IMG/VR virus record: IMGVR_UViG_2606217103_000006
DNA length: 46,471 bases
Origin: a virus
Taxonomy: Duplodnaviria; Heunggongvirae; Uroviricota; Caudoviricetes
Strand: one strand, 5' to 3'
Under the pieces are notes generated by a model. That model saw only the letters and a list, made by a program, of their open reading frames with translations. It made no database searches and was not told the DNA's origin. Positions 11,587-22,264 of the stretch are shown here, one piece after another (position 1 is the first letter of the stretch; each line of letters opens with the position of its first letter). Position numbers and translations under genes: made by a program.

Positions 11587-14156
11587 CGTCCACCTCCGGA
11601 GAACAGACCACCATCGCGCATCTGTGCCTGGATTTCATCACGGGCACCCTTGCGGGCCATGTCATACACCGCCTTCATCATCTGTGGACCTGGCAGACCA
11701 TTCGTACCGTCGTTCTGAATCACCACGTGATTGTTCTGATTAAAATTAATGCCTTCGGCCCGCCGCATTTGCGCCGGACTTCCGGTGCCACCGACATAAC
11801 CGCCGGTGGCATAGCCGCGCATCAACCGGTAGAGATTTCCCACGCCAATCCGGCTGGTTGCCTCCTTCGTGAAGACAAATTCACCACGGTGAACAATCCC
11901 CGCTGGCTCATATTTGCCGCCGGTTCCCGTAAATCCTCCGGTTGCAAAATGGAATTTCGCCGCAGCGGCCTGAATGGCTGTACCGCCTGACGCGGATGCG
12001 CCGCCACCAACAGCCCCGCCAATAGCGCTGCCGATACTCCCGACAATCCCCACCATTGCCTGCTTAAGCAGAATTTCTGTCATCATGGACAGCACGGAAC
12101 GGGTGAAGCTGCGCCAGTTCTGTTCACTGCCGGTCAGCATCGCCGCCATATTCTGTGCAATACCATCAAAGGTCTGCGTGGCCGCGTTTTTAACCTGCGA
12201 AAAACTGTCCGTCGCACTTTCCGCCCACTCGCCCCAGCCGGACTTCATCCCGGCCATCCAGCTTCCACGAAGCTGCTCCTCCGCAGACCAGGTGTTCTTC
12301 AGTGCCGATGTGGCCTTCGCCAGCGCAGCCGGATTATCACCGTACACCTCACGAAGGCGCTGCTCTTCCGACTCCCGCTGCGCCTGACGGTCGGTGAGGC
12401 CGCGGGCTTTTGCTCTGATTGCCGCCTGCTTCGCGCTTTGCTGCTGTTCAAACCGCGCCGCCTGCTGTGCCAGCTCATTCAGCCGCTTCTGGTGTTCAAT
12501 CTTGTCTCCCAGCTCAGCCAGCTGGCGTTTGTACTCCAGCGTCTCTTTCTCATGAGCCAGCAGGGATTTTTCCTGCTCAGATAACTGCCGTTTCGTGGCG
12601 GCCTCTTTCAGGACCACATACTGATTTTCCGCTTTCCATAAATCACGGCGCTGCTGGCTGATTTTTTCATTCGCACCGCTGTGCTTCTCCAGCGTCCTGA
12701 GCTCAGTTTCAAGCGCCAGCAGGGCTGCATGCGCCTGGTCTTCCTGGCGCTCACCGGCAGACACCTTCACACCGGACGGCTTTTTCTGCGTCGACTCATA
12801 ATCCTTTTTTGCCGACGCCATCAGCGTGTTGTAATCCGCCTGCAGGATTTTCCCGTCTTTCAGGGCCTTATTCAGCTCTTCCTGCCGGGCGGTATATTTC
12901 TCCAGTGGCGTCAGCAGGCGCTCATACGCCTTCTGCGCCTCTCCGGTATACTTCAGCTTTGACGACTCACGCTCAGCCCTGTCCCTTGCCGCCAGTTCAC
13001 CGGCTTTTTCCATATCCGACTGCAGCGTTACCGCTGCCAGACCCAGACGGGCATTTTCCCGGTCATCCCATGCGCCCTGAAGGTTGGCACGAAAAGAGGC
13101 GGTTTTTCCCCGGCGCTGGCTCCGGCTCTGGTACCACTGCCATTTTTTATCCGCCTCATCAAATGCCTTCTGTGCACTGGCGAGCATATCCGCTGAGGAC
13201 TCAGGACGACCGATATCCAGAATGGCATCCCACATCGATTTGAATGCCTTCCCTGTTTTATCCGCCCAGGTCTCCAGTGTTCCCATGTTTTCTTTCAGGC
13301 GACGGGTCTGCTCATCAAAGCCTTTCGTGGCGATATCGTTCGCCGCCTGCAATGCCCCGGCCTCGTCTCCGGAACGCTGCAGCTGTGCAACATACGCAAT
13401 CTGCTCTGCCGTCACGTTACGGAACTGGCGCGCCATCGCCATCAGTCCCGACGTCGGGTCAGTGGTCAGCTTCCCGAAGGCTTCAGCGACTTTATCCACC
13501 TCCACACCGGATGCAGACGCAAAACGCGCGACACTCTGGTTGATGGCATCAAACTGTTCACCACCACGCACACCGGCATTCACCAGGGCTGCCAGTGACT
13601 CTCTCGCCTGGTTAAACGTCAGCCCTGCTGCCTGCCCGGCTCTTGAGAGAGTCAGCATACGATCGGCAGTCAGTCCGGACTGATTACCGGAAAGAACCAG
13701 GGTTTTATTAAACGCTGAAAGCGTGGAATCTCCCTGGTACCAGGCGTACACCAGCGCACCTGTCGCCACCGCCAGCGAGGTGACCCCGACCATCGGCAGG
13801 GTGATCGCACCGGCGAGCCCCCTGAACATGGGGATCATCCCGCCGAAGGAGTCCTTCACCTGACCGCCCTGTTGCAGCAGGATCAGCCAGGGATTCTGAC
13901 CACCGGCAAGCTGCGTGGCGATATCCGTAAACTGTGCGGGCAGGGTTCGCATGGCCGCTTTATACTGCCCGACGGAAATCCCGGCTTTTTGTGCAGCCAG
14001 CGCCTGGCGGCTCAGGCCCTGTTCAACAGCACTGGCGGTTTTTCTGGCGTCGGTATCCAGACCTGAAAAATGACGCCTTACCCGGCTCATCTGCTCATCG
14101 AAACGGACAGCATCCAGACTCAGGTCAATAACAAGATCACCAACCGGCTGGGACAT
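11583..14156 (-). CDS. H: tail tape measure protein H
   Basis: 857 aa; coiled-coil-rich; Gly-rich C-terminal region; lambda H-like. Confidence 0.9.
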   Translation of the reverse strand: MSQPVGDLVIDLSLDAVRFDEQMSRVRRHFSGLDTDARKTASAVEQGLSRQALAAQKAGISVGQYKAAMRTLPAQFTDIATQLAGGQNPWLILLQQGGQVKDSFGGMIPMFRGLAGAITLPMVGVTSLAVATGALVYAWYQGDSTLSAFNKTLVLSGNQSGLTADRMLTLSRAGQAAGLTFNQARESLAALVNAGVRGGEQFDAINQSVARFASASGVEVDKVAEAFGKLTTDPTSGLMAMARQFRNVTAEQIAYVAQLQRSGDEAGALQAANDIATKGFDEQTRRLKENMGTLETWADKTGKAFKSMWDAILDIGRPESSADMLASAQKAFDEADKKWQWYQSRSQRRGKTASFRANLQGAWDDRENARLGLAAVTLQSDMEKAGELAARDRAERESSKLKYTGEAQKAYERLLTPLEKYTARQEELNKALKDGKILQADYNTLMASAKKDYESTQKKPSGVKVSAGERQEDQAHAALLALETELRTLEKHSGANEKISQQRRDLWKAENQYVVLKEAATKRQLSEQEKSLLAHEKETLEYKRQLAELGDKIEHQKRLNELAQQAARFEQQQSAKQAAIRAKARGLTDRQAQRESEEQRLREVYGDNPAALAKATSALKNTWSAEEQLRGSWMAGMKSGWGEWAESATDSFSQVKNAATQTFDGIAQNMAAMLTGSEQNWRSFTRSVLSMMTEILLKQAMVGIVGSIGSAIGGAVGGGASASGGTAIQAAAAKFHFATGGFTGTGGKYEPAGIVHRGEFVFTKEATSRIGVGNLYRLMRGYATGGYVGGTGSPAQMRRAEGINFNQNNHVVIQNDGTNGLPGPQMMKAVYDMARKGARDEIQAQMRDGGLFSGGGR

Positions 14157-15008
14157 ATCTCACACCTCCCGGAATCCCCGCTGAAGCCATCATTAATGCG
14201 GCATCATCCACCATGACATCCGCCACATCCGCAGACGATAAAATATCGCGCCCTCCGTCCCCACCGAACCGGACGCCTCCGGCAAGTCCTGCCGCTTTCT
14301 GCATCAGCATTTTGTCCTCATCCGGCCTCTCCACCTGCTCTTCCTCATGCCGGGGGACAAGCAGACTGAAATCAGAGGGATGCATATCCGGATCGCAAAA
14401 AAACAGGCTGAGTACAGCGTACGTCAGCCCGGAAAAATGCATATCCAGCTGGGTATCCTGAAAATAATGCGTGCGGTAAAAACGGTGCCAGTCGGCATAT
14501 TCGGTGGATGTCATCCCGGCAAGCATGGCGCGCCAGTCGGGTCTCCCCATCTCACGCGCCAGTCTGAGGGCAAAGTTCAGCTCGCCGTCGAAGACTTTCC
14601 CGCAGAAAAATCATCATCAGTCAGCGTGTTATTTTTCGCCACTTCAGTAATATCAGTATCCGGACGAACAGCTTCGATCATCCCGGACAGGCACAACACC
14701 ACGTCTTCCGCCCGGGCAATGGCATCGGCAGGCCAGGTGGTGAGCACTTCCTGCTCTATCTTCATCACGGCCTCATTCATTGACGGTGACTGCGTTTTCT
14801 GTGGATGGTTATGCCACAGGGACATCGCCACCAGAAACGCGCCGGTTCTGACGAGATCTTCCACGCTTACCTGCAGGTTGCCGCAGGATTCTGCCTGTTC
14901 TGCACGCCGTTTCAGGAGGGCAAGATGCTCGATACGCTGCAGCGCAGACAATTCGGAAAGCGTGACAGACACACCGTTATATTCAAATTGTTCTGTTTTC
15001 AGAAACAT
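14137..15008 (-). CDS. T: tail assembly chaperone G-T fusion made by -1 programmed frameshift
   Basis: T frame is open from the slip site and reads KVFDGELNFALRLAREMGRPDWRAMLAGM...; verified by hand translation. Confidence 0.75.
14577..15008 (-). CDS. G: tail assembly chaperone G
   Basis: 143 aa ending ...SAGKSSTAS; lambda G-like. Confidence 0.85.
   Translation of the reverse strand: MFLKTEQFEYNGVSVTLSELSALQRIEHLALLKRRAEQAESCGNLQVSVEDLVRTGAFLVAMSLWHNHPQKTQSPSMNEAVMKIEQEVLTTWPADAIARAEDVVLCLSGMIEAVRPDTDITEVAKNNTLTDDDFSAGKSSTAS
14595..14601 (-). other. slippery heptamer G GGA AAG for the G/G-T -1 frameshift
   Basis: Plus strand ctttccc = minus strand GGGAAAG, in G frame as G|GGA|AAG. Confidence 0.8.
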
Positions 15009-15021
15009 GTATTACCTCCGT

Positions 15022-15774
15022 TTACCCTGCAGCGCCCGCTTCAGTAACGGTGACTTCAGCCACTGCGGCGAACTGACCATTTCCGCTCACCACAGGGATC
15101 TGCACCTTACCTGTCGCCACGCCGTTTACCGTAATTGTCATATCTTTCACACTAATGGTGGCTTTCGACGGATCGGCGGAAACCGCTCTGAACGTCTTGT
15201 CGGTTGCACTTTCCGGCTCAAAAGAAACCGTCAGGGTGGTTGTTTTCCCTTTTGCCACCGTACCGGATGTCGGCGTCACCTTAATCGCACTGACCGGCGT
15301 AATTTTGCTGCGTTCTTCCGCTACAGAAGGTTTACCCACGTTAGTGACTTTCACCGTGCGGGTGATCACTTCTTTCGCCGTCACGGCCTTACCGATACTG
15401 CTGACCCAGCCACGAAACACATCCACCGTGCCATTCGGAAAACGGATTTTATAGGCCCGGACATCGCCGCTTTCAAACCAGCCTATAAGCCCTTTCTGGC
15501 CTTCCTCTCCCGGTTTCCAGGCCAGCGTAAAACTGGTATCACCTGCAGATTTCTGCCCCTGCCCGGTCGCGGTCCAGTCCGCGTCTTCATCATCCAGGTA
15601 GTTATCATCGTAGGATTCTGCCGTCATCTCGCCCGGCGTCAGATCCTTCACCTTAGCCAGTCGCTGCCAGTCATCGTCTGACAACGGGTTTGCATAAGCA
15701 TCACCCTTGCCGTTGTAAACCCACAGAGTGGTACCGGCACCTTTTACCGGCTCAAGGGGATTTGGTGTTGCCAT
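15022..15774 (-). CDS. V: major tail protein V (with C-terminal Ig-like domain)
   Basis: 250 aa; lambda V-like. Confidence 0.9.
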   Translation of the reverse strand: MATPNPLEPVKGAGTTLWVYNGKGDAYANPLSDDDWQRLAKVKDLTPGEMTAESYDDNYLDDEDADWTATGQGQKSAGDTSFTLAWKPGEEGQKGLIGWFESGDVRAYKIRFPNGTVDVFRGWVSSIGKAVTAKEVITRTVKVTNVGKPSVAEERSKITPVSAIKVTPTSGTVAKGKTTTLTVSFEPESATDKTFRAVSADPSKATISVKDMTITVNGVATGKVQIPVVSGNGQFAAVAEVTVTEAGAAG

Positions 15775-15781
15775 ATCGTCC

Positions 15782-16177
15782 TCACATCTCGTATGTAATG
15801 GAATAAGTCAGATCTGCAGAACTCCATAACGCCATATCGTCATCACGACGATACTCATAGCCCTGCGTAACCATCGTGGTAATCAGTCCTGCCAGTGCCG
15901 GGATCGCGGTCATCGCCGGGTAAATCCGGCTTTCCATCCACTGATCAAGCTCTGAATCCGGTACCTGTGCCGGTAAAAACACCTCAATATGCAGCGTGGC
16001 CCGCCAGGTATCTGCATCCAGCTCTTCACCGGTATACTCTGCATCCGTCAGATAAACCGCGATCGCAGGAAAATCCTCTTCGTCAAAAACAACGGGGCGA
16101 CCATCAAACAGCGTCGCCCCGTGTTCATGCTGCTCGAGTGCATCCAGCACTGCGGCACGAATGTCAGTGTGTTTCAT
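15782..16177 (-). CDS. U: tail terminator protein U
   Basis: 131 aa as in lambda U. Confidence 0.85.
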   Translation of the reverse strand: MKHTDIRAAVLDALEQHEHGATLFDGRPVVFDEEDFPAIAVYLTDAEYTGEELDADTWRATLHIEVFLPAQVPDSELDQWMESRIYPAMTAIPALAGLITTMVTQGYEYRRDDDMALWSSADLTYSITYEM

Positions 16178-16707
16178 CGTTTTATTGCAATCCTCAGTTG
16201 TTGTTTCAGCGCGTATGCCAGTTCTTTAGGCAGGCGTTCACGCCGGATACGGTCAACATTCTCATCAAATGCCTGTTTCAGTGGGGCCGCCATCGGGATT
16301 TTCACCACATCAATGGGGTAACGGTTTTTCCCGGCCACACGCTGCATGACATGCCAGCGACCATTTTTTAATCGCTGAATAAATGCCCGCTGATACCGAT
16401 GCTGACCGGCTTTAAGTATGCTGTTCGGGCGACGCCCCAGCATCCTGATCCCCAGCTTAATCACAGGGAGATCACCGCGGTTAACGATAATTTTGGCATT
16501 CGGATTTCTGACCGTCGCCCGTTTCAGTCTGGACCGTTCCTTAACCAGTTTCCGGCGAACCTTTGTCTCCCGGGCAACCTGTGATGAAGACTGATTAATC
16601 GCCGTTGTGGCCACGCGGTTAATGGCCATTGCTGAAGCCGCCGGAATGGCGTTTTTACGAACCCGGCTCAGATTGTCAATCGCCTGATCAAGCCCTTTTA
16701 TCGCCAT
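16174..16707 (-). CDS. Z: tail completion protein Z
   Basis: 177 aa; position between U and FII. Confidence 0.8.
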   Translation of the reverse strand: MAIKGLDQAIDNLSRVRKNAIPAASAMAINRVATTAINQSSSQVARETKVRRKLVKERSRLKRATVRNPNAKIIVNRGDLPVIKLGIRMLGRRPNSILKAGQHRYQRAFIQRLKNGRWHVMQRVAGKNRYPIDVVKIPMAAPLKQAFDENVDRIRRERLPKELAYALKQQLRIAIKR

Positions 16708-16722
16708 AATTTCACCCTGCGT

Positions 16723-17076
16723 TTATCGTCGCCGGTTAACTGCGGGTGGTTGACCACGGTTGAGCCAGAGATAACAGCTGCCCCCGTCATCCGGAGAAAC
16801 ACGATCCACCCAGAATATCTCACCATTAATGGTCAGCGTGTCACCACGCCGCACGGCACGAACCGTATCCGTCCGCACAAATAATGACGGGCTGCTTCCT
16901 TCAATACGGACCCCGCCACCGGCAAACCCCAGCGACTCCGGATCGTCAAAAACCCCCTGAACTTCGCTGCCACACTGTGCCCCCGAGGTGAACTGCGCAC
17001 AGAGCCCCATCACTTCAACGATCGTACTGTCTACCCCGGCGAGGGCAGCATCAAAGGCATTCTGAAAATCACGCAT
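16723..17076 (-). CDS. FII: head-tail joining protein FII
   Basis: 117 aa as lambda FII. Confidence 0.8.
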   Translation of the reverse strand: MRDFQNAFDAALAGVDSTIVEVMGLCAQFTSGAQCGSEVQGVFDDPESLGFAGGGVRIEGSSPSLFVRTDTVRAVRRGDTLTINGEIFWVDRVSPDDGGSCYLWLNRGQPPAVNRRR

Positions 17077-17500
17077 ATTCAGCCGTTCCGTGCTGTATCA
17101 TGGCCGTTGCCAGTGATGATGGCACCAGAACACGCATACCCCGTAACGCCAGCTCAACGGGACGACCTGTCTCCGGGCAATACCCCATTACTTGCAGGCA
17201 CTTCCGTACCCGGACGGCTTTAACATCATCCGGAGCATCCGTGTTGTTCAACTGCTCACCATCGTCTGTGTGATTTTGATCAGCCCCGCTCTCATCAGAG
17301 TGCATAATGCCCTCCGGGGAAACAGCAAGCTCCTCTTCCCACTCAGACACACGTTGAGCAATATCCGCAGCACTCCCCGACATATCCGCCTCGCGCCCCA
17401 GCAGGCCAGCCAGTTGACGAAGACGATTCAGATTTTCTTCTTTTGTTGCCATCTCAGCCTCCTGTGAAAAAAGACACGGGGGCATTTCGCCCCCGCTCAC
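17069..17500 (-). CDS. FI: DNA packaging protein FI
   Basis: 143 aa, acidic; position between E and FII. Confidence 0.75.
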   Translation of the reverse strand: MSGGEMPPCLFSQEAEMATKEENLNRLRQLAGLLGREADMSGSAADIAQRVSEWEEELAVSPEGIMHSDESGADQNHTDDGEQLNNTDAPDDVKAVRVRKCLQVMGYCPETGRPVELALRGMRVLVPSSLATAMIQHGTAEYA

Positions 17501-17503
17501 GGA

Positions 17504-18532
17504 TTATTTCACCTGTACCACCACAAACTCATCCGGATCCGGCAGCACCATCAGCGGAGCGGACTGCGTCATGGTGAATTCACAGGACGGATCGCCCACG
17601 GTCAGCCAGTGTTTCGGGTAACGGGAAGAAGCCACCACTCCTTCAGACAACGCCTGTGCATCCTTAATGGCACCATAGCAACGAATCCCCTCTGCCGCCG
17701 TATTCCCCAGCACCAGCATGCCCTCCGGCAGATAACGTTTTTCGGTACCGTCCTCTGCCACATAAGACGTTTTCGCCACCACAATGGCCAGATCGCCGTA
17801 ATACCCCTTGAAGGACACCACTGCGCCCAGATCTTTCACTGCCGTTTCGAGTTGTGAATTTGAGCCGCGACGGGTATCCAGTTTTTCGCGGAACAGCTTA
17901 AAGCCATTCAGCAGACGCCAGACCGTACCGTCCATAATGGCGATATTCACAAGGCCGCTGGCCTGATCGCAGTAGAGGTCAATATCATGCGTCGGATCAA
18001 ACGTATCACGGTCCTGCTCAGACCATTTTTTACCGTCAGCCTGCTCAATGTTATTTCCTTCAGAGCGCCCGAAATCCACCTCGACAGTATCAAACTGATC
18101 CCCTTCCATGGTGTATTTGCCATACAGCACGGCATTCACCGCCTGCATTTCTTCCACCTGGACAATGGCGTGCTCTTCCTGTTTGAGGTTATCGGTAATG
18201 ATACGCAGACGACGGTAGGCCGGGTCGTTCAGCTGAGCCGGATCTTCACCAGGAAGGCGCTCAACCGCCTGCTGGTAATTAAATTCGTGTTTCGGCTTGA
18301 CGTAGCCCGGACGCAACACGCGGGTTTCACCACCACGATGGCGCAGCACTTTTCCTTCAACGATCGGGGAGACATAGGCCGCCACCGGCGTTTTTCCGGT
18401 AATTTTGTCCAGCATCACCTCTTCGGTGTGGAAATTCACCGTACGGCGGAAAAACAGCTCCAGAAATAGCGCACGGAATTTAACTTTTTGTTCGGTATAA
18501 CCGAGTAACTGGCGGGTCGTAAACAATCCCAT
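17504..18532 (-). CDS. E: major capsid protein E
   Basis: 342 aa; strong resemblance to lambda E (e.g. KLDTRRGSNS.LETAVKDLG). Confidence 0.95.
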   Translation of the reverse strand: MGLFTTRQLLGYTEQKVKFRALFLELFFRRTVNFHTEEVMLDKITGKTPVAAYVSPIVEGKVLRHRGGETRVLRPGYVKPKHEFNYQQAVERLPGEDPAQLNDPAYRRLRIITDNLKQEEHAIVQVEEMQAVNAVLYGKYTMEGDQFDTVEVDFGRSEGNNIEQADGKKWSEQDRDTFDPTHDIDLYCDQASGLVNIAIMDGTVWRLLNGFKLFREKLDTRRGSNSQLETAVKDLGAVVSFKGYYGDLAIVVAKTSYVAEDGTEKRYLPEGMLVLGNTAAEGIRCYGAIKDAQALSEGVVASSRYPKHWLTVGDPSCEFTMTQSAPLMVLPDPDEFVVVQVK

Positions 18533-18589
18533 AAATCAGTTCCTTTCATTCAGAAATCAGTCAGGCCACCATGGTGGCCTGATAACGTG

Positions 18590-18937
18590 TTACGGCAGAG
18601 CCGCGTGACTCAGGGCTGTGCCGGCAAAGGCATTTGCCTTTTTGTGTTCATCCACACTGTCAGGCCAGCGGATTGCCTCCGTCGCAAAGGTCCCCGACTT
18701 GTAATAGGTCAGCACCGTCTCTGTGCCTTCAAGCGGCAGTACCAGTATGCCAACCGCACTACCGGCTTTCTGTCCATCCCAGACCACCAGTTTCCCGGTG
18801 GCTTCATCCAGCATCAGGGGCGTCAGAGCCGGTGTTGCAGAAGAAATCCCGCTGCTGCCTGTGGCGGTATGAGCCGGATCATTACCAGCAAAAATACGTA
18901 CTTCCGCACGCTGTTCAGTGATGGTTTTCGTCACCAT
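18590..18937 (-). CDS. D: capsid decoration protein D
   Basis: 115 aa; NDPAHTAT and TPLMLD motifs as lambda D. Confidence 0.9.
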   Translation of the reverse strand: MVTKTITEQRAEVRIFAGNDPAHTATGSSGISSATPALTPLMLDEATGKLVVWDGQKAGSAVGILVLPLEGTETVLTYYKSGTFATEAIRWPDSVDEHKKANAFAGTALSHAALP

Positions 18938-18973
18938 TTTGTTAAAACCTCATATTGATGGTCAGCACTGACT

Positions 18974-20479
18974 TCATGGCATGGCCATGAGCATTTTCAC
19001 GTCCGCATCACCGTCTGCTGACGTCTGTGACACGCCACCCCGCACCGCTGCCGGTGAATGATTCGCCATGAAATGTTCAAACAGGGCGGTTGTGGATGCA
19101 GAGACCGGTTCGGCCTTACCTGATCCCGCAGCCAGCACAGCCCGGGCGTTCTCCACGGTCATTCCCGGGCAGGCCGCCAGTTTTTCAGCCTGCGCTTCTG
19201 CCCCTTTTGCCTCATCCAGGGCCATGATCTGATCACGAAGTGAGGGCCCGGCATTCGCCTGCGGTGAGGCAGCCAAGATCGGGCGGGCTTTTTCCACCGT
19301 CATCTCCGGCATCGCCGCCAGCGTTGCCGCCAGTTGTTCACGACCTTTCGCTTCTTCACACGCCATAATGCGATCGGCTTCACTCTGCGCGGATGCCACC
19401 GGCTGCTGTGGTGCCGCCGCGGCCAGAATCGCCCGGGCCTGTTCAATGCTCATGCCCTGTTGTCCTGCCAGCATCGTGGCAAGCTGTTCACGTCCTTTCG
19501 CTTCCTGACACGTCAGGATCCCCATCACTCGCTGGTTCTCCTGCGCGGCAGCTTCCGTTGCAGTTAATTGCGGCATAGTGCCTCCTGTATCATGAGTTTT
19601 CAGCGCCGCAGCCATCACGCTGATGGCATCCGACGCATTGATTAATTCATCCGCCAGTCCGGCCTTAATAGCGGACTGACCTTCAAAAACGGCAGCCTCT
19701 GTCCCCGTGACAGCTTCCACAGACAGCCCCGTATACATCGCCACTTTTTCGGCAAACATCCGGTGCGCCGCATCAACCCGCTGCTGCATGTCCTGACGCA
19801 CCTCTGCCGGTAAGGCTTCAAACTGATTGCCATCCACCTTGTGCGCCCCGGCATAAATCAGCGTGATATCCACCCCGGCCTGCGCCAGATGACCGGCATA
19901 GCTGACATGGCTCATCATCACGCCAATGGAGCCGATACGGGATGTCTGGGTAACCAGCCGTCGGGAGCAGGCCGACGCCAGCAGCATGGCTGCAGAACAG
20001 GCCGTGTCATTGCACAGTGCCCAGACCGGCTTCTGCTGACGGAGGCGGTAAATCATGTCAGCGCAGTCAAACGCGCCGGCGGCCTGCCCGCCCGGACTGT
20101 CAATGTCCAGCAGTACGCCCCGCACCTGGCTATCTGCCATTGCCTGCTGAAGACAGGCGACAATGCCGTCATAGCCTGTCATTCCGGAAAATGGCCGCAT
20201 ACCGCCCAGCCGGTGCACCAGCGTGCCGGTCACCGGCAGTACAGCAATACCGTTCACCACCCGGTAAACACGGGCCGGTCGTTTACCTCCGGCCATGTAC
20301 TCGTCCGTTTCAGCCAGCATTCCGGGAGCATCAAGCTGTACCTGTTGTTGTGGTACCGAAAGACTTGCTGCCCCCATCTCGCGCCCGAGCGCGCAAAAGA
20401 AAACCCGCGCATAGGCGGGCTCCAGAAGCAGCGGTTCATTGAATGCTGCGGCAATAATGTGTGAAAGATTACGTCTCAC
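18974..20479 (-). CDS. C: head maturation protease C (S49/ClpP-like) with nested scaffold (Nu3-like) C-terminal region
   Basis: 501 aa; three tandem ~37-aa repeats (EAKG.E...MTVE.AR.ILAA) in the C-terminal third. Confidence 0.85.
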   Translation of the reverse strand: MRRNLSHIIAAAFNEPLLLEPAYARVFFCALGREMGAASLSVPQQQVQLDAPGMLAETDEYMAGGKRPARVYRVVNGIAVLPVTGTLVHRLGGMRPFSGMTGYDGIVACLQQAMADSQVRGVLLDIDSPGGQAAGAFDCADMIYRLRQQKPVWALCNDTACSAAMLLASACSRRLVTQTSRIGSIGVMMSHVSYAGHLAQAGVDITLIYAGAHKVDGNQFEALPAEVRQDMQQRVDAAHRMFAEKVAMYTGLSVEAVTGTEAAVFEGQSAIKAGLADELINASDAISVMAAALKTHDTGGTMPQLTATEAAAQENQRVMGILTCQEAKGREQLATMLAGQQGMSIEQARAILAAAAPQQPVASAQSEADRIMACEEAKGREQLAATLAAMPEMTVEKARPILAASPQANAGPSLRDQIMALDEAKGAEAQAEKLAACPGMTVENARAVLAAGSGKAEPVSASTTALFEHFMANHSPAAVRGGVSQTSADGDADVKMLMAMP

Positions 20480-22061
20480 GTGGTGTTGTCTCCTCTTCCG
20501 GCCTGCGACTCTCCGCTATCTGCTGCTGATACGCCTGCGCTATCCACACCGGGCGTGAGAGTCCGGCTTTTTCCCGCTCTGCAGATTCCCTGACCTGCTG
20601 GCGGAAAATGTCCTGATAATCCTCGCCCATCAGCGCCAGCTCTTTCTCATACGTGCTCAGTCCGGCCTCAATGCGCATCACTGATTCCTGAACCTCCTTG
20701 AGCCCGTCAATGGCCATTCTTCCGGCTCCAATCCACTCAGCCCGTGACCAGGCTGATCGCGCCTGATAAAAATCAAACCGTGCCCGTGGCGGACGAATAA
20801 TCCCCCGAAGAAGTGCCTCTTCCAGCCAGCAGGAAAACATCTGCGTGGCCAGCCGGGACGCAATAAATTTTCGCCGCCCCATAAAATAGCGCCACGACTC
20901 ATTGGCGGATGCGCGGGCACTTGAGTAACTGACCTTCGAGTAATCACGGGACAACTGTTCGTAGGAAACGCCAAGACCGGCGGCGATATACCGCAGCAGC
21001 GCCTGTTCAAGCGCCGAAAATCCATTGTCTGAATCCTGCGCGGTCTGAAGTTTCAGATCATCACCGGGGAAAAGGTGCGGAATTTTGACACCGCCCAGCG
21101 TCACGCTATTCGTGTCATACCAGGTGGAGAACTTATCCAGAATATTAATAAGCGGATTATCCTTCTGCCCCTGCGGCGCACCGGCGATATATTCAAAGGC
21201 CTTTTCGGTATCAAGGTCACTTTCAATCGTCGCTGCATACATCGCCTTCACTATGGCCGACTGAAGCTGTGTTGCCTGCAGGGAATCCAGCATCTTCAGC
21301 CGTTCCATAACGCTGTAAAACTGATTGGCTCCACGGGTCTGCCCGTCCTCCACCGGCTCGAAAATATGCAGCATGGCCGGACGCCCGGTGGGTAGTTCAC
21401 GCGGGATCCGTTCCCATCGTCCACTCCCGGAGCGAGGAAAATCATCCTCACAGATATGGTACGCAACGGCACGGCCATATCGATCAACCTCCACACCGGC
21501 CCGCAGAAAACGGTTCCCGATACCGTGTCCTGGCGTGTCCACCCGTTTCGGACTCACGGCTTTAAAACGCGTACGAAACAGTTGCGTACTCTCCGTATCC
21601 CAGACCGGCTGCACAAAGATTTCGCCGTTAAACGCATGAACGCCCACACCTTCACGGATAAATTCCGTAAACGTGCGTTTCCCTTCCACGTCGATCTCAC
21701 CAAACATCCCTTCTGCGTATTCTGACCAGGCCGCCTCCACCTCATCGACAAAACTTTTTGCCGCGGTCTCCCGCATCCCCAGCCAGCGCCAGTTCGGACG
21801 GTAGCTAATCAGAAACATATGCCCGACAATGTGATCCTTATGCAGGGCCACCGCATTGGCCGCTATTCCGTTATTGCGCACCAGATCATCTGCACGGGCA
21901 TTCCCCAGACGCAACGCGGGCAGCAGGGCCGCATCGGCACTCTGCGAGGGTGGCAACCACTCTGCCATTTGCCCGCCAAATCCTGCACCGCCACCGTTGT
22001 AGCTGAGGCTCTCCCGAAGCGGAACGCCGTTCACATCAATCAGGACAGGCGTTCGTTTCAT
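20469..22061 (-). CDS. B: portal protein B
   Basis: 530 aa; lambda B-like. Confidence 0.9.
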   Translation of the reverse strand: MKRTPVLIDVNGVPLRESLSYNGGGAGFGGQMAEWLPPSQSADAALLPALRLGNARADDLVRNNGIAANAVALHKDHIVGHMFLISYRPNWRWLGMRETAAKSFVDEVEAAWSEYAEGMFGEIDVEGKRTFTEFIREGVGVHAFNGEIFVQPVWDTESTQLFRTRFKAVSPKRVDTPGHGIGNRFLRAGVEVDRYGRAVAYHICEDDFPRSGSGRWERIPRELPTGRPAMLHIFEPVEDGQTRGANQFYSVMERLKMLDSLQATQLQSAIVKAMYAATIESDLDTEKAFEYIAGAPQGQKDNPLINILDKFSTWYDTNSVTLGGVKIPHLFPGDDLKLQTAQDSDNGFSALEQALLRYIAAGLGVSYEQLSRDYSKVSYSSARASANESWRYFMGRRKFIASRLATQMFSCWLEEALLRGIIRPPRARFDFYQARSAWSRAEWIGAGRMAIDGLKEVQESVMRIEAGLSTYEKELALMGEDYQDIFRQQVRESAEREKAGLSRPVWIAQAYQQQIAESRRPEEETTPRET

Positions 22062-22264
22062 AACCTCACTCCCAGCGGACGACGGCGACGGCGGGTTGTC
22101 CCCAGTACCGACTCCGCATCATTGATCGCCCGGTTAAGCTCATCCAGAGAAGCTGCCGTATATTCAATTCTGCGACCATCTTTCTGGACAGACACCACCC
22201 GTTTACCGGTTAATAAATCAAGGCGCGCCTGACGCAGCGCCTGCAGTTCAGCGACTGTAACCAT
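22058..22264 (-). CDS. W: head-tail joining protein W
   Basis: 68 aa as lambda W. Confidence 0.85.
   Translation of the reverse strand: MVTVAELQALRQARLDLLTGKRVVSVQKDGRRIEYTAASLDELNRAINDAESVLGTTRRRRRPLGVRL

Noticed and set aside
14347-15681. 444-aa plus-strand ORF
   Set aside because: Antisense to G and V; Cys/Arg-rich nonsense composition.
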